Shown here piece by piece: positions 28,752 through 37,824 of a DNA stretch of 64,000 nucleotides. Each line of letters opens with the position of its first letter. The first letter of the stretch is position 1. Source of the DNA: Spirochaetia bacterium (GTDB taxonomy: Bacteria > Spirochaetota > Spirochaetia > SZUA-6 > Bin103); NCBI GenBank assembly GCA_965203055.1, contig OZ241863.1, positions 2,784,001 to 2,848,000 on the forward strand, in the 5' to 3' direction. The translations under genes and the position numbers were made by a program. A model generated the notes under the pieces. That model searched no databases. It was given only the letters and a program-made list of their open reading frames with translations, and was not told the origin of the DNA.

Positions 28752-29551
28752 TGTATCTGCGCCATTTCGCCTTCACCCGCTGGCCCTTCGCCGCCAACCT
28801 TGAATCCGACCAACTGTTCGCTTCCGCCTCCCGCCAGGAAGCCGAGGCCCGCCTGCAGCATCTGCTCCACCTCCGCGGCATCGGCCTGCTCACCGGCGAG
28901 GTCGGCTGCGGCAAGACCACCGTCTGCCGCGCCGTGACCGCCTCCCTCCATCCCGGCCTGTTCCGCGTCCTCTACGTCTCGCTCACCACCGGCAACGTCA
29001 TGGACATGTACAAGTCGATCGCCTGGGAACTCGGCTTGCCGGCCGAACGCTCCCGCGCCACTGCCTACCGCGCCATCCGCTCCGAGATCACCCGCCAAGT
29101 CCAGGAAGCCCGGCTCCTGCCGGTGCTCGTCGTCGACGAGGCGCAGTTCCTGCGCACCGAGGTGCTCACCGATCTGCGCCTGTTGACCAACTACACCATG
29201 GACTCCGAACACCGCCTGTGCCTGCTGCTGGTCGGCCTCACCGAGTTGCGCCGCCGACTCTCGATGGCGGTCCACGAATCGCTCAGCCAGCGCCTGGTCG
29301 TGCGCCATCATCTCGGCGGCCTGCAACGCCCCGAACTCGATGCCTACCTCGCCCACCGCCTGCGCTTGGCCGGCTGCGAACTGCCGCTGTTCGAGGCGCC
29401 CGCCGCAGAGGCCTTGTTCCACGCCTCCCGCGGGCTGCCGCGGCAGATCAACCGCATCGCCCATTACGCCCTGTCGGCCACCGCCCTCGCCAACTCCCAC
29501 CGCGTCACCGCCGAGCACCTGCAGCACGCCCTCGACGAACTGCGCCCCTGA
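28751..29551 (+). CDS. ExeA/TnsC-like AAA ATPase (transposition helper)
   Basis: Walker A GEVGCGKT, Walker B VVDEAQ, SRGLPRQIN. Coupled to the transposase (TGATG). Confidence 0.9.
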   Translation: MYLRHFAFTRWPFAANLESDQLFASASRQEAEARLQHLLHLRGIGLLTGEVGCGKTTVCRAVTASLHPGLFRVLYVSLTTGNVMDMYKSIAWELGLPAERSRATAYRAIRSEITRQVQEARLLPVLVVDEAQFLRTEVLTDLRLLTNYTMDSEHRLCLLLVGLTELRRRLSMAVHESLSQRLVVRHHLGGLQRPELDAYLAHRLRLAGCELPLFEAPAAEALFHASRGLPRQINRIAHYALSATALANSHRVTAEHLQHALDELRP

Positions 29552-29930
29552 CCGCTGCAACCGGGGACTGCCGCCACCATTACCCAGACCTGGTCGCAGT
29601 CCCCGGCGCCGGCGCCCGGACACTGCGCACCGGCGCCAACTCCGCACCGTTCGCTACGCCAGCGCCGGCCAGCTCAAACCTGCGTTACCATGCTGCGCGT
29701 CTTGATCCTGGCTGGCCCGTCGGCCCGCCGGTGACAGCACGTCACTTCGGTGACCGCGATCACCGCCGGGCTGACCCTCACTGTCCCCATTATTTCACCT
29801 GACCGAATTATCCGGGAAATCCCGAGTCTCTCGGCGCGATTTATTCTGGGATTCCAGCGGCGAGATTATGTGAGATACAACAACGGGCGGTCAGCCTCCA
29901 CCGGGTGACGTGCCGGTGTTCAGGGGGAGG

Positions 29931-31105
29931 TACTACGGAGCGGCGTTCGAAGCGCCGCTGATCCTGGTCGAACGGCTGCTCGGCCTCACCGACCGCCGCG
30001 CCGTCTATCTCAGCCGCCATCTGCTGACTCACCTGTTCTTCCTCACCGGCGGCTTCTTCTGCTGGCTGCTCGCCTTCCGCCTGTTCCGCGACCGCCGGCT
30101 GGCGCTGTTCGCCCTGCTGCTGTTCCTGCTGCAGCCCCGCCTGTACGCCCACTCCTTCTTCAACACCAAGGACATCCCCTTCCTGGTCATGTTCACGATC
30201 GCGCTCTATCTGACGCAGCGCGCCTTCCGCCGCGACACCGCCGGGGCGTTCGCGCTCTGCGGGCTGGGCGTGGGCGTGCTGGTCAACCTGCGCGTCATGG
30301 GCCTGCTGCTGTGCGCCGCGGTGCCGGCGCTGCGGGCGCTCGACCTGCTGCAGGCGCACGGGCCGGCGGAGCGGAGGCGCGCGCTGGCGACCGCCGGGGC
30401 GTTCCTGCTGGCCGCGGCGGCGGCCCTGTACGCGGTCTCGCCCCATCTCTGGCGCAACCCGCTTGAGCTGATCGACGCGGTCGTCACGCTTCCGCGCCAT
30501 CGGGCCTACCTTCCGACGCTGTTTCAGGGCGAGCTGGTGCGCTGGCCGGCGATCCCGCCGCACTACCTGCCGACCTGGATGGCGATCACCACGCCGCCGG
30601 CGGCGCTGCTGTTGAGCGTGGCCGGGGTGATTTCCGTGCTGGGACGCGGCCTGACCCGCCCGCGCGCCGCTCTACGCAACACCCCCGTCACCCGCTTCGG
30701 GGCGCTGCTGGTCGCCTGTCCGGCGCTGTCGGTCGCGGTCGTCATCGCGGTCAACGCCAACCACTACGACGGCTGGCGGCACATGTATTTCTGGCCGCCC
30801 CCCTGTGCCTGCTGGCGGCCTACGGCCTGCGCCGGCTGCTGGCCGCCGCGCGCCGGCCGCGGCTGCGGCGCGGCGTCTACGCGCTGGCCGCGGCGGGCGT
30901 GGCCGCGGCCGCGGTCGAGATGGCGCTGATCCACCCGCATCAGATGGTGTACTTCAACTTCCTGGTGGACCGCCGCACCCCCGAATACCTGTCCACGCGG
31001 TACGAGATGGAATACTGGGGACCGGCCTACCGCGAGGGGCTGGAGTATCTGCTCCGGCGCGATCCGCAGGCAACCATCCACCTCGTCGCGGCGCAGAACT
31101 GGGGA
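29931..31105 (+). pseudogene. Truncated copy of the GT-C gene 18595..21252
   Basis: Near-identical to ~19078-20255. 5' part including the SSR is deleted, frameshift near 30790, 3' end replaced. Confidence 0.85.
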
Positions 31106-31109
31106 GCGC

Positions 31110-32084
31110 GAGCGCCAAGCCGGTCTTCGCGTCCGATATCTCCGGCGCGGAGTGGACGGTCGACGCCGAGGTCCGGGCGGGCGCAGTGGTGCTGGTGCTC
31201 ACCGCCCCCGATCAGTCGGGCGCCGGCGACACGGTTGAGTCGGTGACGATCACGAATCAGGGGAGCGGCTACACCGCGGACCCAACCGTGACCTTTTCCG
31301 CGCCGCCGTCCGGCGGCGCCACCGCGACACGTCTGCCCCAACCGTCACCTTTGGCGCTCCGCCGGCCGGTGGCACTCGGGCAACCGGAACAGCGACGCGA
31401 TATGGCGATGGAGTGACAGGTGTAACCATCACGAACGGGGGGAGCGGTTACACCGCTGCCCCTGCCGTGACGTTTTCGGGCGGAGGGGGCAGCGGCGCGG
31501 TCGCCACCGCAAGGCTTGGAAACAATAGACTACAGGCAGTGACGATCACTAACTCTGGGAGCGGCTACACCGCTGGCCCTGCCGTGACGTTTTCGGGCGG
31601 AGGGGGCAGCGGTGCGGTCGCCACCGCGGTGCTGCAAAGCGGCGTCGCGTCGGTGACGGTCACCAACGGGGGGAGCAGCTACACATCGGCCCCTTCCGTG
31701 ACCTTTGGTGCAGCGCCGAGTGGCGGCGTCACGGCCGCGGGCACCGCGGTGCTACGCTACAGCGTAGCGTCAGTGACGGTCACGGACGGGGGGAGCGGCT
31801 ACACCTCCGCCCCAACCGTGATCTTTGCGGCGGCGCCGAGCGGCGGCACCACGGCCGCCGGCACCGCGGCTCTAAGCCTCAGCAACGTAGCGTCGGTGAC
31901 GGTCACCAACGGAGGGAGCGGTTACCCCGCTGCCCCGACCGTGACGTTTTCGGCGCCGGCCAGCGGTACCCGCGCGACCGGCACGGCCACGCTGGCAGAG
32001 ACCGGCTACGATCAGTACCAGAACCTGTATTGGGCGCGCCAGACGCTGGCGGGCAGGCAGCTTCTGGTGCAGCTGGCGGATTAG
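31110..32084 (+). pseudogene. Fragment of a Gly/Thr-rich repeat protein (VTVTNGGSGYT.AP.VTF repeats), phage-structural or adhesin-like
   Basis: Six clear ~35-40 aa repeats plus a partial one over two frames. No convincing start. Confidence 0.55.
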
Positions 32085-32097
32085 GGCTCCGGCGGCG

Positions 32098-32706
32098 TCA
32101 GGCTTCGATGCGGGTGAACGCTTCCAGAATCGGCGGCGTTCGCCTTGGGTCGAGCCATTCGCGCATGACGAAGAATCCCGGCACCGCGCGCGAATCGATC
32201 TCCTCCTCTCCGGCGGCGTACTCGATCAGCAGCTCGCCGGCGCGACGGTAGAAGCGATGGGCGAGCGTCTCCGGATCCAGAATCCAGTATTCGATCACAC
32301 CGTGCCGCTCGTACGCGGCGAACTTCGGGCCGGTGTCACGGTCGGCGGTGCGCGGGCTCAGCACCTCCACCACCAGATCGGGCGCGCCCTCGACGTGGTT
32401 GCGGCGGATGGCGCTCCGGCGCTCGGCGCGATAGAACGCCAAGTCGGGCTGAAAGGTATTCCTGGCGCTCAGGCGTACGGCGACCACTTCCCGGTACAGG
32501 AACCCGAGCCGGCGGCGATCCACGTACAGCCGCAGAATGCCGTCCAGGAAGTTCAGCAGGTCGGCATGCCGAACCGAAACCGGCGAATGCATGGCTACCT
32601 CTCCGCCGATCAGATCGGCGCAGCGGCCCGGCTCCAACCACTCCAGGAAGTCCTCGGCGGTGAGCAGTTCGCGTTCAACAGCGGCGGGGCGCAGCTTCGT
32701 CGGCAC
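32098..32706 (-). CDS. Uma2-family endonuclease
   Basis: FQPDLAF, GAPDLVVEVLSP and YERHGVIEYWILDP. Start at GTG 32706 or ATG 32718. Confidence 0.9.
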   Translation of the reverse strand: MPTKLRPAAVERELLTAEDFLEWLEPGRCADLIGGEVAMHSPVSVRHADLLNFLDGILRLYVDRRRLGFLYREVVAVRLSARNTFQPDLAFYRAERRSAIRRNHVEGAPDLVVEVLSPRTADRDTGPKFAAYERHGVIEYWILDPETLAHRFYRRAGELLIEYAAGEEEIDSRAVPGFFVMREWLDPRRTPPILEAFTRIEA

Positions 32707-32838
32707 AGTGGCAAGCATACCACGGCGCCGCAGAGCGGCCAACCACCACCAACTGCGGCGACGTCGGCGAGTTGGCGTTTCGGAACTGGCAAATGATCAT
32801 ACGTGTGCGCGCTACGATTTGACCGCCCGCGCGCCGGG

Positions 32839-33459
32839 TTACTCTTGGACGCGCTCGATCACTGCCAGCGATTCGGTGAGCGGCGGAAGACGCCCCGGGT
32901 CGAGCCACTCGCGCATGATGAAGAATCCCGGCACCGCGCGCGACTCGATCTTCGCCGCTCCGGCGGCGTACTCGACCAGCAGCTCGCCGTCTCGGCGATA
33001 GAAGCGGTGGGCCAGGGTCTCCGGATCCAGAATCCAGTACTCGATGGCGCCATGCTGCTCGTATTCGGCGAACTTCGGGCCGATGTCGCGGTCGGCGGTG
33101 CGTGGGCTCAGCACTTCGACCACCAGATCGGGCGCGCCTTCGACGTGGTTATCGCGGATCAGGCCCGAGTGCGCCGCCCGATAGAACGCCAAGTCAGGCT
33201 GAAAGACATTCCTGGCGCTCAGCCGCACGGCCACCTCTTCCCGGAACAACTCGCCAAGCCGATGCCGGTCCACGTAGGTGCCGAGAAGGCGGTCGAGGAA
33301 GTTGAGCAGTCGGGCATGGCGGATCGACACCGGTGAATGCATGAATATCTCTCCGTCGATCAGGTCGGCGCCGCGGCCCGGCTCCAGCCACTCCAGGAAA
33401 TCCTCCGCGGTGAGCAGCTCGCGTTCCAGATCGAAGGCAGCGGAAACCCGGGTCGGCAT
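32839..33459 (-). CDS. Uma2-family endonuclease (tandem paralog)
   Basis: Same motifs, highly similar to 32098..32706. Confidence 0.9.
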   Translation of the reverse strand: MPTRVSAAFDLERELLTAEDFLEWLEPGRGADLIDGEIFMHSPVSIRHARLLNFLDRLLGTYVDRHRLGELFREEVAVRLSARNVFQPDLAFYRAAHSGLIRDNHVEGAPDLVVEVLSPRTADRDIGPKFAEYEQHGAIEYWILDPETLAHRFYRRDGELLVEYAAGAAKIESRAVPGFFIMREWLDPGRLPPLTESLAVIERVQE

Positions 33460-33582
33460 TACACAAGTATATCACGGCGTTCGGGCGCGTACCGGCGGTC
33501 GACGCCACCGGGAACAACCCGGAGAGCGACGGCGCCGCAGAAGGTGGCGCGGGCGGGCGGGCGCGTGCAATGATGGGCGGCG

Positions 33583-34749
33583 ATGAGCAGGCAGCTTGGC
33601 ATCGGGGTGATCGGCATGGGCTGGATGGGCGCCGCCCACAGCCGCGCCTACCTGCAGGTGCGCCATCGCTTCGCCGACCGCGGGCTGGAGCCGCGGCTGG
33701 TGGTGTGCGCCGACGAGGTGGAGGCGCGCCGCGCCGCGGCGCAACGCGAGTACGGCTTTGCCCGCGCCGCCGCCGACTGGCGCGAGGTGGTGGTGGCGGC
33801 GGACGTGGAGGTGGTGGACGTCACCGCGCCCAACTTCCTGCACCGGAGCATGGTGGAAGCCGCCATCGAGGCCGGCAAGCACGTGTTCTGCGAGAAGCCG
33901 GTGGGACGCAGCCCGGAGGACACCCTGGCGCTGGCCGCGGCCGCCGCGCGGGCGGGCATCGTGAGCGGAGCAGGCTACAACTACGCCTGGGCGCCAATGG
34001 TGCAGCACGCGCGGCGGTTGATCGACGCCGGGGAGCTCGGCGAGCTGACCCATTACCGCGGGCGCTTCTTCAGCGGTTACGGGCGCGACCCCGGCGGCGT
34101 GCTCTCCTGGCGCTTCCAGCGCCACCTTGCCGGCCGCGGGACCCTGGCCGACCTGATCTCGCACGTGCTGGACACCGCCCACTTCATCGCCGGCCCGATC
34201 CGGCGCGTGGTGAGCCAACAGCACACCTTCATCACCGAGCGCCCGCTGGCGACGCCGGGCGAAGGCACCCACTTCAGCGCCCGGAGCGGCGGCCCCGCCG
34301 GGCCGGTCACCAACGAAGACTACGTCGGCATCCTGGCCGAGTTCGCGGGCGGCGCGCGCGGCACGCTGGAGGCCTGCCGGGTGATCTTCGGACCGGAGTG
34401 CCAGATGGCGTTCGAGGTGAACGGCCGCCGCGGCGCCCTGGCCTGGGACTTCGAGCGCCTCAACGAGCTGCAGGTGCGCCTGGCCGGCGACCGCGGCGCC
34501 TCCGGCGACGGCTTTACCCGCGCCATCGGCGGGCCGCAGCATCCCTATCAGGGCCGCTTCAACCCCGGCGCCGGCATCGCCATCGGCTACGACGACACCC
34601 TCACCATCGAGCTGGCCGAGTTCCTGACCGCGGTGGCGCGGGGCGCGCCGGGGCGCGCCAGCCTGGCGGCGGCTGCGGCAGTAGCGCGGGTGCAGCAGGC
34701 GGTGGAGCGCTCCTGGGAACGCGGTACCTGGGAAGCGGTCGTCTCCTAG
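33583..34749 (+). CDS. Gfo/Idh/MocA oxidoreductase
   Basis: GVIGMGWMG, KHVFCEKP and GTLADLISH. Confidence 0.9.
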   Translation: MSRQLGIGVIGMGWMGAAHSRAYLQVRHRFADRGLEPRLVVCADEVEARRAAAQREYGFARAAADWREVVVAADVEVVDVTAPNFLHRSMVEAAIEAGKHVFCEKPVGRSPEDTLALAAAAARAGIVSGAGYNYAWAPMVQHARRLIDAGELGELTHYRGRFFSGYGRDPGGVLSWRFQRHLAGRGTLADLISHVLDTAHFIAGPIRRVVSQQHTFITERPLATPGEGTHFSARSGGPAGPVTNEDYVGILAEFAGGARGTLEACRVIFGPECQMAFEVNGRRGALAWDFERLNELQVRLAGDRGASGDGFTRAIGGPQHPYQGRFNPGAGIAIGYDDTLTIELAEFLTAVARGAPGRASLAAAAAVARVQQAVERSWERGTWEAVVS

Positions 34750-34756
34750 CCCGCCG

Positions 34757-36034
34757 GTGAACGCCTCCGGGCCGCGCGACGACGCCTATCGAGCGGCCAT
34801 TCGCCGCAACGCGGGCTGGAACTTCTGGGTCAACGTCGGCGACCTGGCGTTCGTCAACCTGGCCGGCAGCTTCGTATTCATCTCCACGATCCTGCCGCTC
34901 TACGTCAGCTATCTGACCGAGTCGCGGGTCCTGATCGGGCTCATTCCGGCCATCTACGTCGTGGCCTCCCACGTGCCGCAACTGCTGCTGGCGGCGCGCG
35001 CCGAGTCGCTGGCCCGGAAGAAGCCGTGGATCGTGCGGGTCAGCGTGTTCGAGCGCGTCCCGTGGCTGATCCTCGGGCTCGGAATCCTGCTGTGGCCGGC
35101 GGCGCCGGGGTGGTTCTCCTACGCCTTTCTGGTCGCCATGCTGCTGTTTTCGCAGGCCGCGGTCGGCGTTGCCAGTCCGGCCTGGCGCGCCATGCTGGCC
35201 AACATCATCCACCCCGACCGCAAGGGGCTGATGTTCGGGCTGGGCAGCGCCTTCGGCGGGCTGATGGGCGCCGGCGGCGCCCTGTTGGCGCGCCACCTCC
35301 TGGAGCAGGTGGCGTTTCCCCTCTCGTTCGGGTTCTGCTTCCTGCTGGCCTTCGCCGGGCAGGCGATCTCCTGGACCTTCCTGACGTTGAATCGCGAGCC
35401 GCCGCGCCGCCCCGACCGCCCGCGGGTGCGGCTCGGCGCCTACCTGCGCGAGCTGCCCGCGGTACTGCGCCGCGACGCCAACTTCGCGCGCTTCCTGCTC
35501 AGCCAGCTCCTGGTGATCTTCGGCTCCCTGGGGGTCACCTTCTACATTGTGTACGGGCGCGCGGCGTTCGCCATCACCGACGCCTTCGCCGGCTCGCTCA
35601 CCGTGGCGGCATTGATCAGCCAGGCGCTCGGCACCCCGCTGCTGGGCTGGTGGGGCGACCGCTTCGGCCATCGCTCGGCCACCGAGGTGAGCGCGCTGCT
35701 GTGCGCCGCCGCCGGCCTGGTGATGGTGCTGGCTCCCGGCGCCGGCTGGATGTACGCCGCGTTCGCCCTGGTCACCGTAGCCGACTCCGGCACCAAGGTG
35801 GCGCGGCCGAGCCTGGCGATGGACCTGGGCGCCGGCGGCCGGGTCCCGACCTACGTGGCGCTGACCACCACGCTGCTCGCCGCCCCCGCCCTGGCCGCCC
35901 CCATCGCCGGCGGCTGGTTGATCGAGCTGGTGGACTTTCGCCCGGTGTTCGCGGCCGGCGTGGTGCTGGCGCTGCTCGGCTGGCTGCTGCTGCGCTTCGG
36001 CGTGGCCGACCCGCGCGTGGCCGGCCGGCGCTGA
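34757..36034 (+). CDS. MFS transporter
   Basis: About 12 hydrophobic segments, GWWGDRFGHR motif. Confidence 0.85.
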   Translation: MNASGPRDDAYRAAIRRNAGWNFWVNVGDLAFVNLAGSFVFISTILPLYVSYLTESRVLIGLIPAIYVVASHVPQLLLAARAESLARKKPWIVRVSVFERVPWLILGLGILLWPAAPGWFSYAFLVAMLLFSQAAVGVASPAWRAMLANIIHPDRKGLMFGLGSAFGGLMGAGGALLARHLLEQVAFPLSFGFCFLLAFAGQAISWTFLTLNREPPRRPDRPRVRLGAYLRELPAVLRRDANFARFLLSQLLVIFGSLGVTFYIVYGRAAFAITDAFAGSLTVAALISQALGTPLLGWWGDRFGHRSATEVSALLCAAAGLVMVLAPGAGWMYAAFALVTVADSGTKVARPSLAMDLGAGGRVPTYVALTTTLLAAPALAAPIAGGWLIELVDFRPVFAAGVVLALLGWLLLRFGVADPRVAGRR

Positions 36035-36225
36035 CCCGGCGGCAGCGGCGCCCGAGCGCGCGCGGTGGCGCCGGCGGGCGTCATGGGCGTTGCGGGCCGG
36101 TCTTCCCGCCGGCATACTGCGTTCCATACGGTCACGGTCTGCGGCGGCTGCCGCGCCGGGCAGACGCGCCGCCCCCGCCCCGCGCACGGCGCTGCCGGCG
36201 GGCGGCAGCGAAAGGAGAAGACGTC

Positions 36226-37818
36226 GTGCACCACTCTGTCGAGCTCGCGGCAGCCGGAGTCGCCGGCGCCGCAGCGCAGACCGGCGCCGCAACGGCCGCC
36301 TCAGCCCCGGTGCTGCTGCTGGACGAGGCGCTGATCGGGGAGCAGCGCGGCATCCGCCGCGAGGTGCAGGTGGGGCGCAAGAGCCCGGTGCTGGTGGCGC
36401 CGGAGCGCGACAAGCCGTGGGAGTACTGCGGCGCCGGCATGAGCAAGCGCATCCACCTGTACGGGACCGTGCTGTACGACGATCTGATCGGCAAGTACCG
36501 CATGTGGTACATGGGCCGCATGGGCCCCCACTGGCGCTTCCCGGCCGGCAACTACCAGATTCCGGGCCTGTACGTCCCGCGCACCGACGACCGCCCCTTC
36601 CATTGCAACGGCGTCACCCACGACCGGCACGGCCGCGCCTTGCAAAACAACGACCGCGGCGACCTGACCCTCTATGCCGAGAGCGACGACGGCCTGACCT
36701 GGGTCAAGCCCAACCTCGGCATCTTCACCTTCAACGGCAGCCCCGACAACAACATCGTGTGGGACCTGCACGGCGCCTCGGTGTTCATCGACCGCACCGA
36801 GCCGGACGCGGCGCGGCGCTACCAGGCGATCGGCTACTGCCGCCGCTACCGCGGCATCTTCCTGCTCACCTCGCCTGACGGCCTGCGCTGGGACGACAGC
36901 CGGCACCTGGAGCCGGTGGCGAAGCGCGCCAACGAGGGCGCCTTCAACGTCACCTGGGACCCCCGCGCTCAGGTGTACCGCGCCTACTCCATCGAGCGCT
37001 CCGGCGACCGCGAGGACCGCCGCGTCATCTGCTACACCGAGAGTCCGGCGTTGGCGGGGCCGTGGCAGGACTCGCGGCCGGTACTGGAACCGACGAGCTG
37101 GGACGATGCGGTTGCCTGGCGCCGCTACGGCGCGCTGCGCGCCGAATACTACGATCTGTCCGCGTTCCGCTACCACAACGTCCATCTCGGCCTGGTGGGG
37201 GCGCTGTACGTGCGCGCGGAGAAGATCCCCAACGAGCGGAATCAGATGCCGTGCGACGGGCCGATCGACGCGCAGTTGGTGTACAGCCGCGACGGGCTGA
37301 ACTGGACCCACGCCGACCGCGCGCGCACGCCGGTGATCCCGCGCGGCACCGGCGCTGCCTTCGACCGCGGCATGATCATCGGCACTGCCAGGGAGCCGCT
37401 GGTGGAGGGTGACGCGATTCACTGGTACTACACCGGCTGCGAACACGGCCACGGCGAAACCAACCTCGAAAAGCGCGTCAAGTATCTGGCGCGGGCCACG
37501 TGGCAGCGCGACCGCTTCATTGCGCTGCATGCCCCCGACACCGGACTGGTCACCACCAAGGCGGTGCCGCTGCCGCCGGGCGCGCGGGCGCTGACGGTAA
37601 ACGCCGACGCCGCCGGCGGACAGGTGATGGTGGAGCTGTGCAAGCCCGACGGCGCCCCGCTGCCGGGGTTCACGCGCGCGCAATGCGTGCCGTTGCGCGG
37701 CGACAAGCTGGATTGGCGGGTGGCCTGGAACGGGGCCGACCGCGCGGCGTTGCCCGGCGCCGTGCGGCTGCGCTTCCTCCTGACCCGCGCCCGGCTCTAC
37801 AGCTACCGCTGGAGCTGA
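36226..37818 (+). CDS. Glycoside-hydrolase-like five-bladed beta-propeller protein
   Basis: YAESDDGLTWVKPNLG, TSPDGLRW and SRDGLNW Asp-box-like motifs, LTVNADA tail. AAGGAG before GTG at 36226. Confidence 0.65.
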   Translation: MHHSVELAAAGVAGAAAQTGAATAASAPVLLLDEALIGEQRGIRREVQVGRKSPVLVAPERDKPWEYCGAGMSKRIHLYGTVLYDDLIGKYRMWYMGRMGPHWRFPAGNYQIPGLYVPRTDDRPFHCNGVTHDRHGRALQNNDRGDLTLYAESDDGLTWVKPNLGIFTFNGSPDNNIVWDLHGASVFIDRTEPDAARRYQAIGYCRRYRGIFLLTSPDGLRWDDSRHLEPVAKRANEGAFNVTWDPRAQVYRAYSIERSGDREDRRVICYTESPALAGPWQDSRPVLEPTSWDDAVAWRRYGALRAEYYDLSAFRYHNVHLGLVGALYVRAEKIPNERNQMPCDGPIDAQLVYSRDGLNWTHADRARTPVIPRGTGAAFDRGMIIGTAREPLVEGDAIHWYYTGCEHGHGETNLEKRVKYLARATWQRDRFIALHAPDTGLVTTKAVPLPPGARALTVNADAAGGQVMVELCKPDGAPLPGFTRAQCVPLRGDKLDWRVAWNGADRAALPGAVRLRFLLTRARLYSYRWS

Positions 37819-37824
37819 CCGGCG

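Larger units (their letters stand above)
26487..29882. mobile_element. Three-gene transposon with TGT..ACA ends (Mu/Tn7/IS21-like transposase plus AAA ATPase)
   Basis: Ends TGTTGGATCCCACAT and revcomp TGTTGTATCTCACAT. 5-bp target duplication ACGGG at 26482-26486 and 29883-29887. Empty-site paralog GAGCCGAACGGGCGGTCAGC at 18491. Confidence 0.9.

Noticed and set aside
17840..30800. Programmed frameshifting at ~17844, ~25648 and ~30790
   Set aside because: No slippery motifs, and paralogs are intact at the same sites. Decay or sequencing indels are more likely.
9400..31105. Diversity-generating retroelement, shufflon or integron explaining the repeats
   Set aside because: No reverse transcriptase, site-specific recombinase, attC-like sites or adenine-specific variation was seen.
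31110..32084. Prophage
   Set aside because: A single fragment with no integrase, terminase or capsid genes.
35026..37818. Long fusion ORFs (also 43718..46813, 60214..62517, 594..2435, 49678..51402)
   Set aside because: The N-terminal extensions overlap neighbouring genes, and better downstream starts exist.
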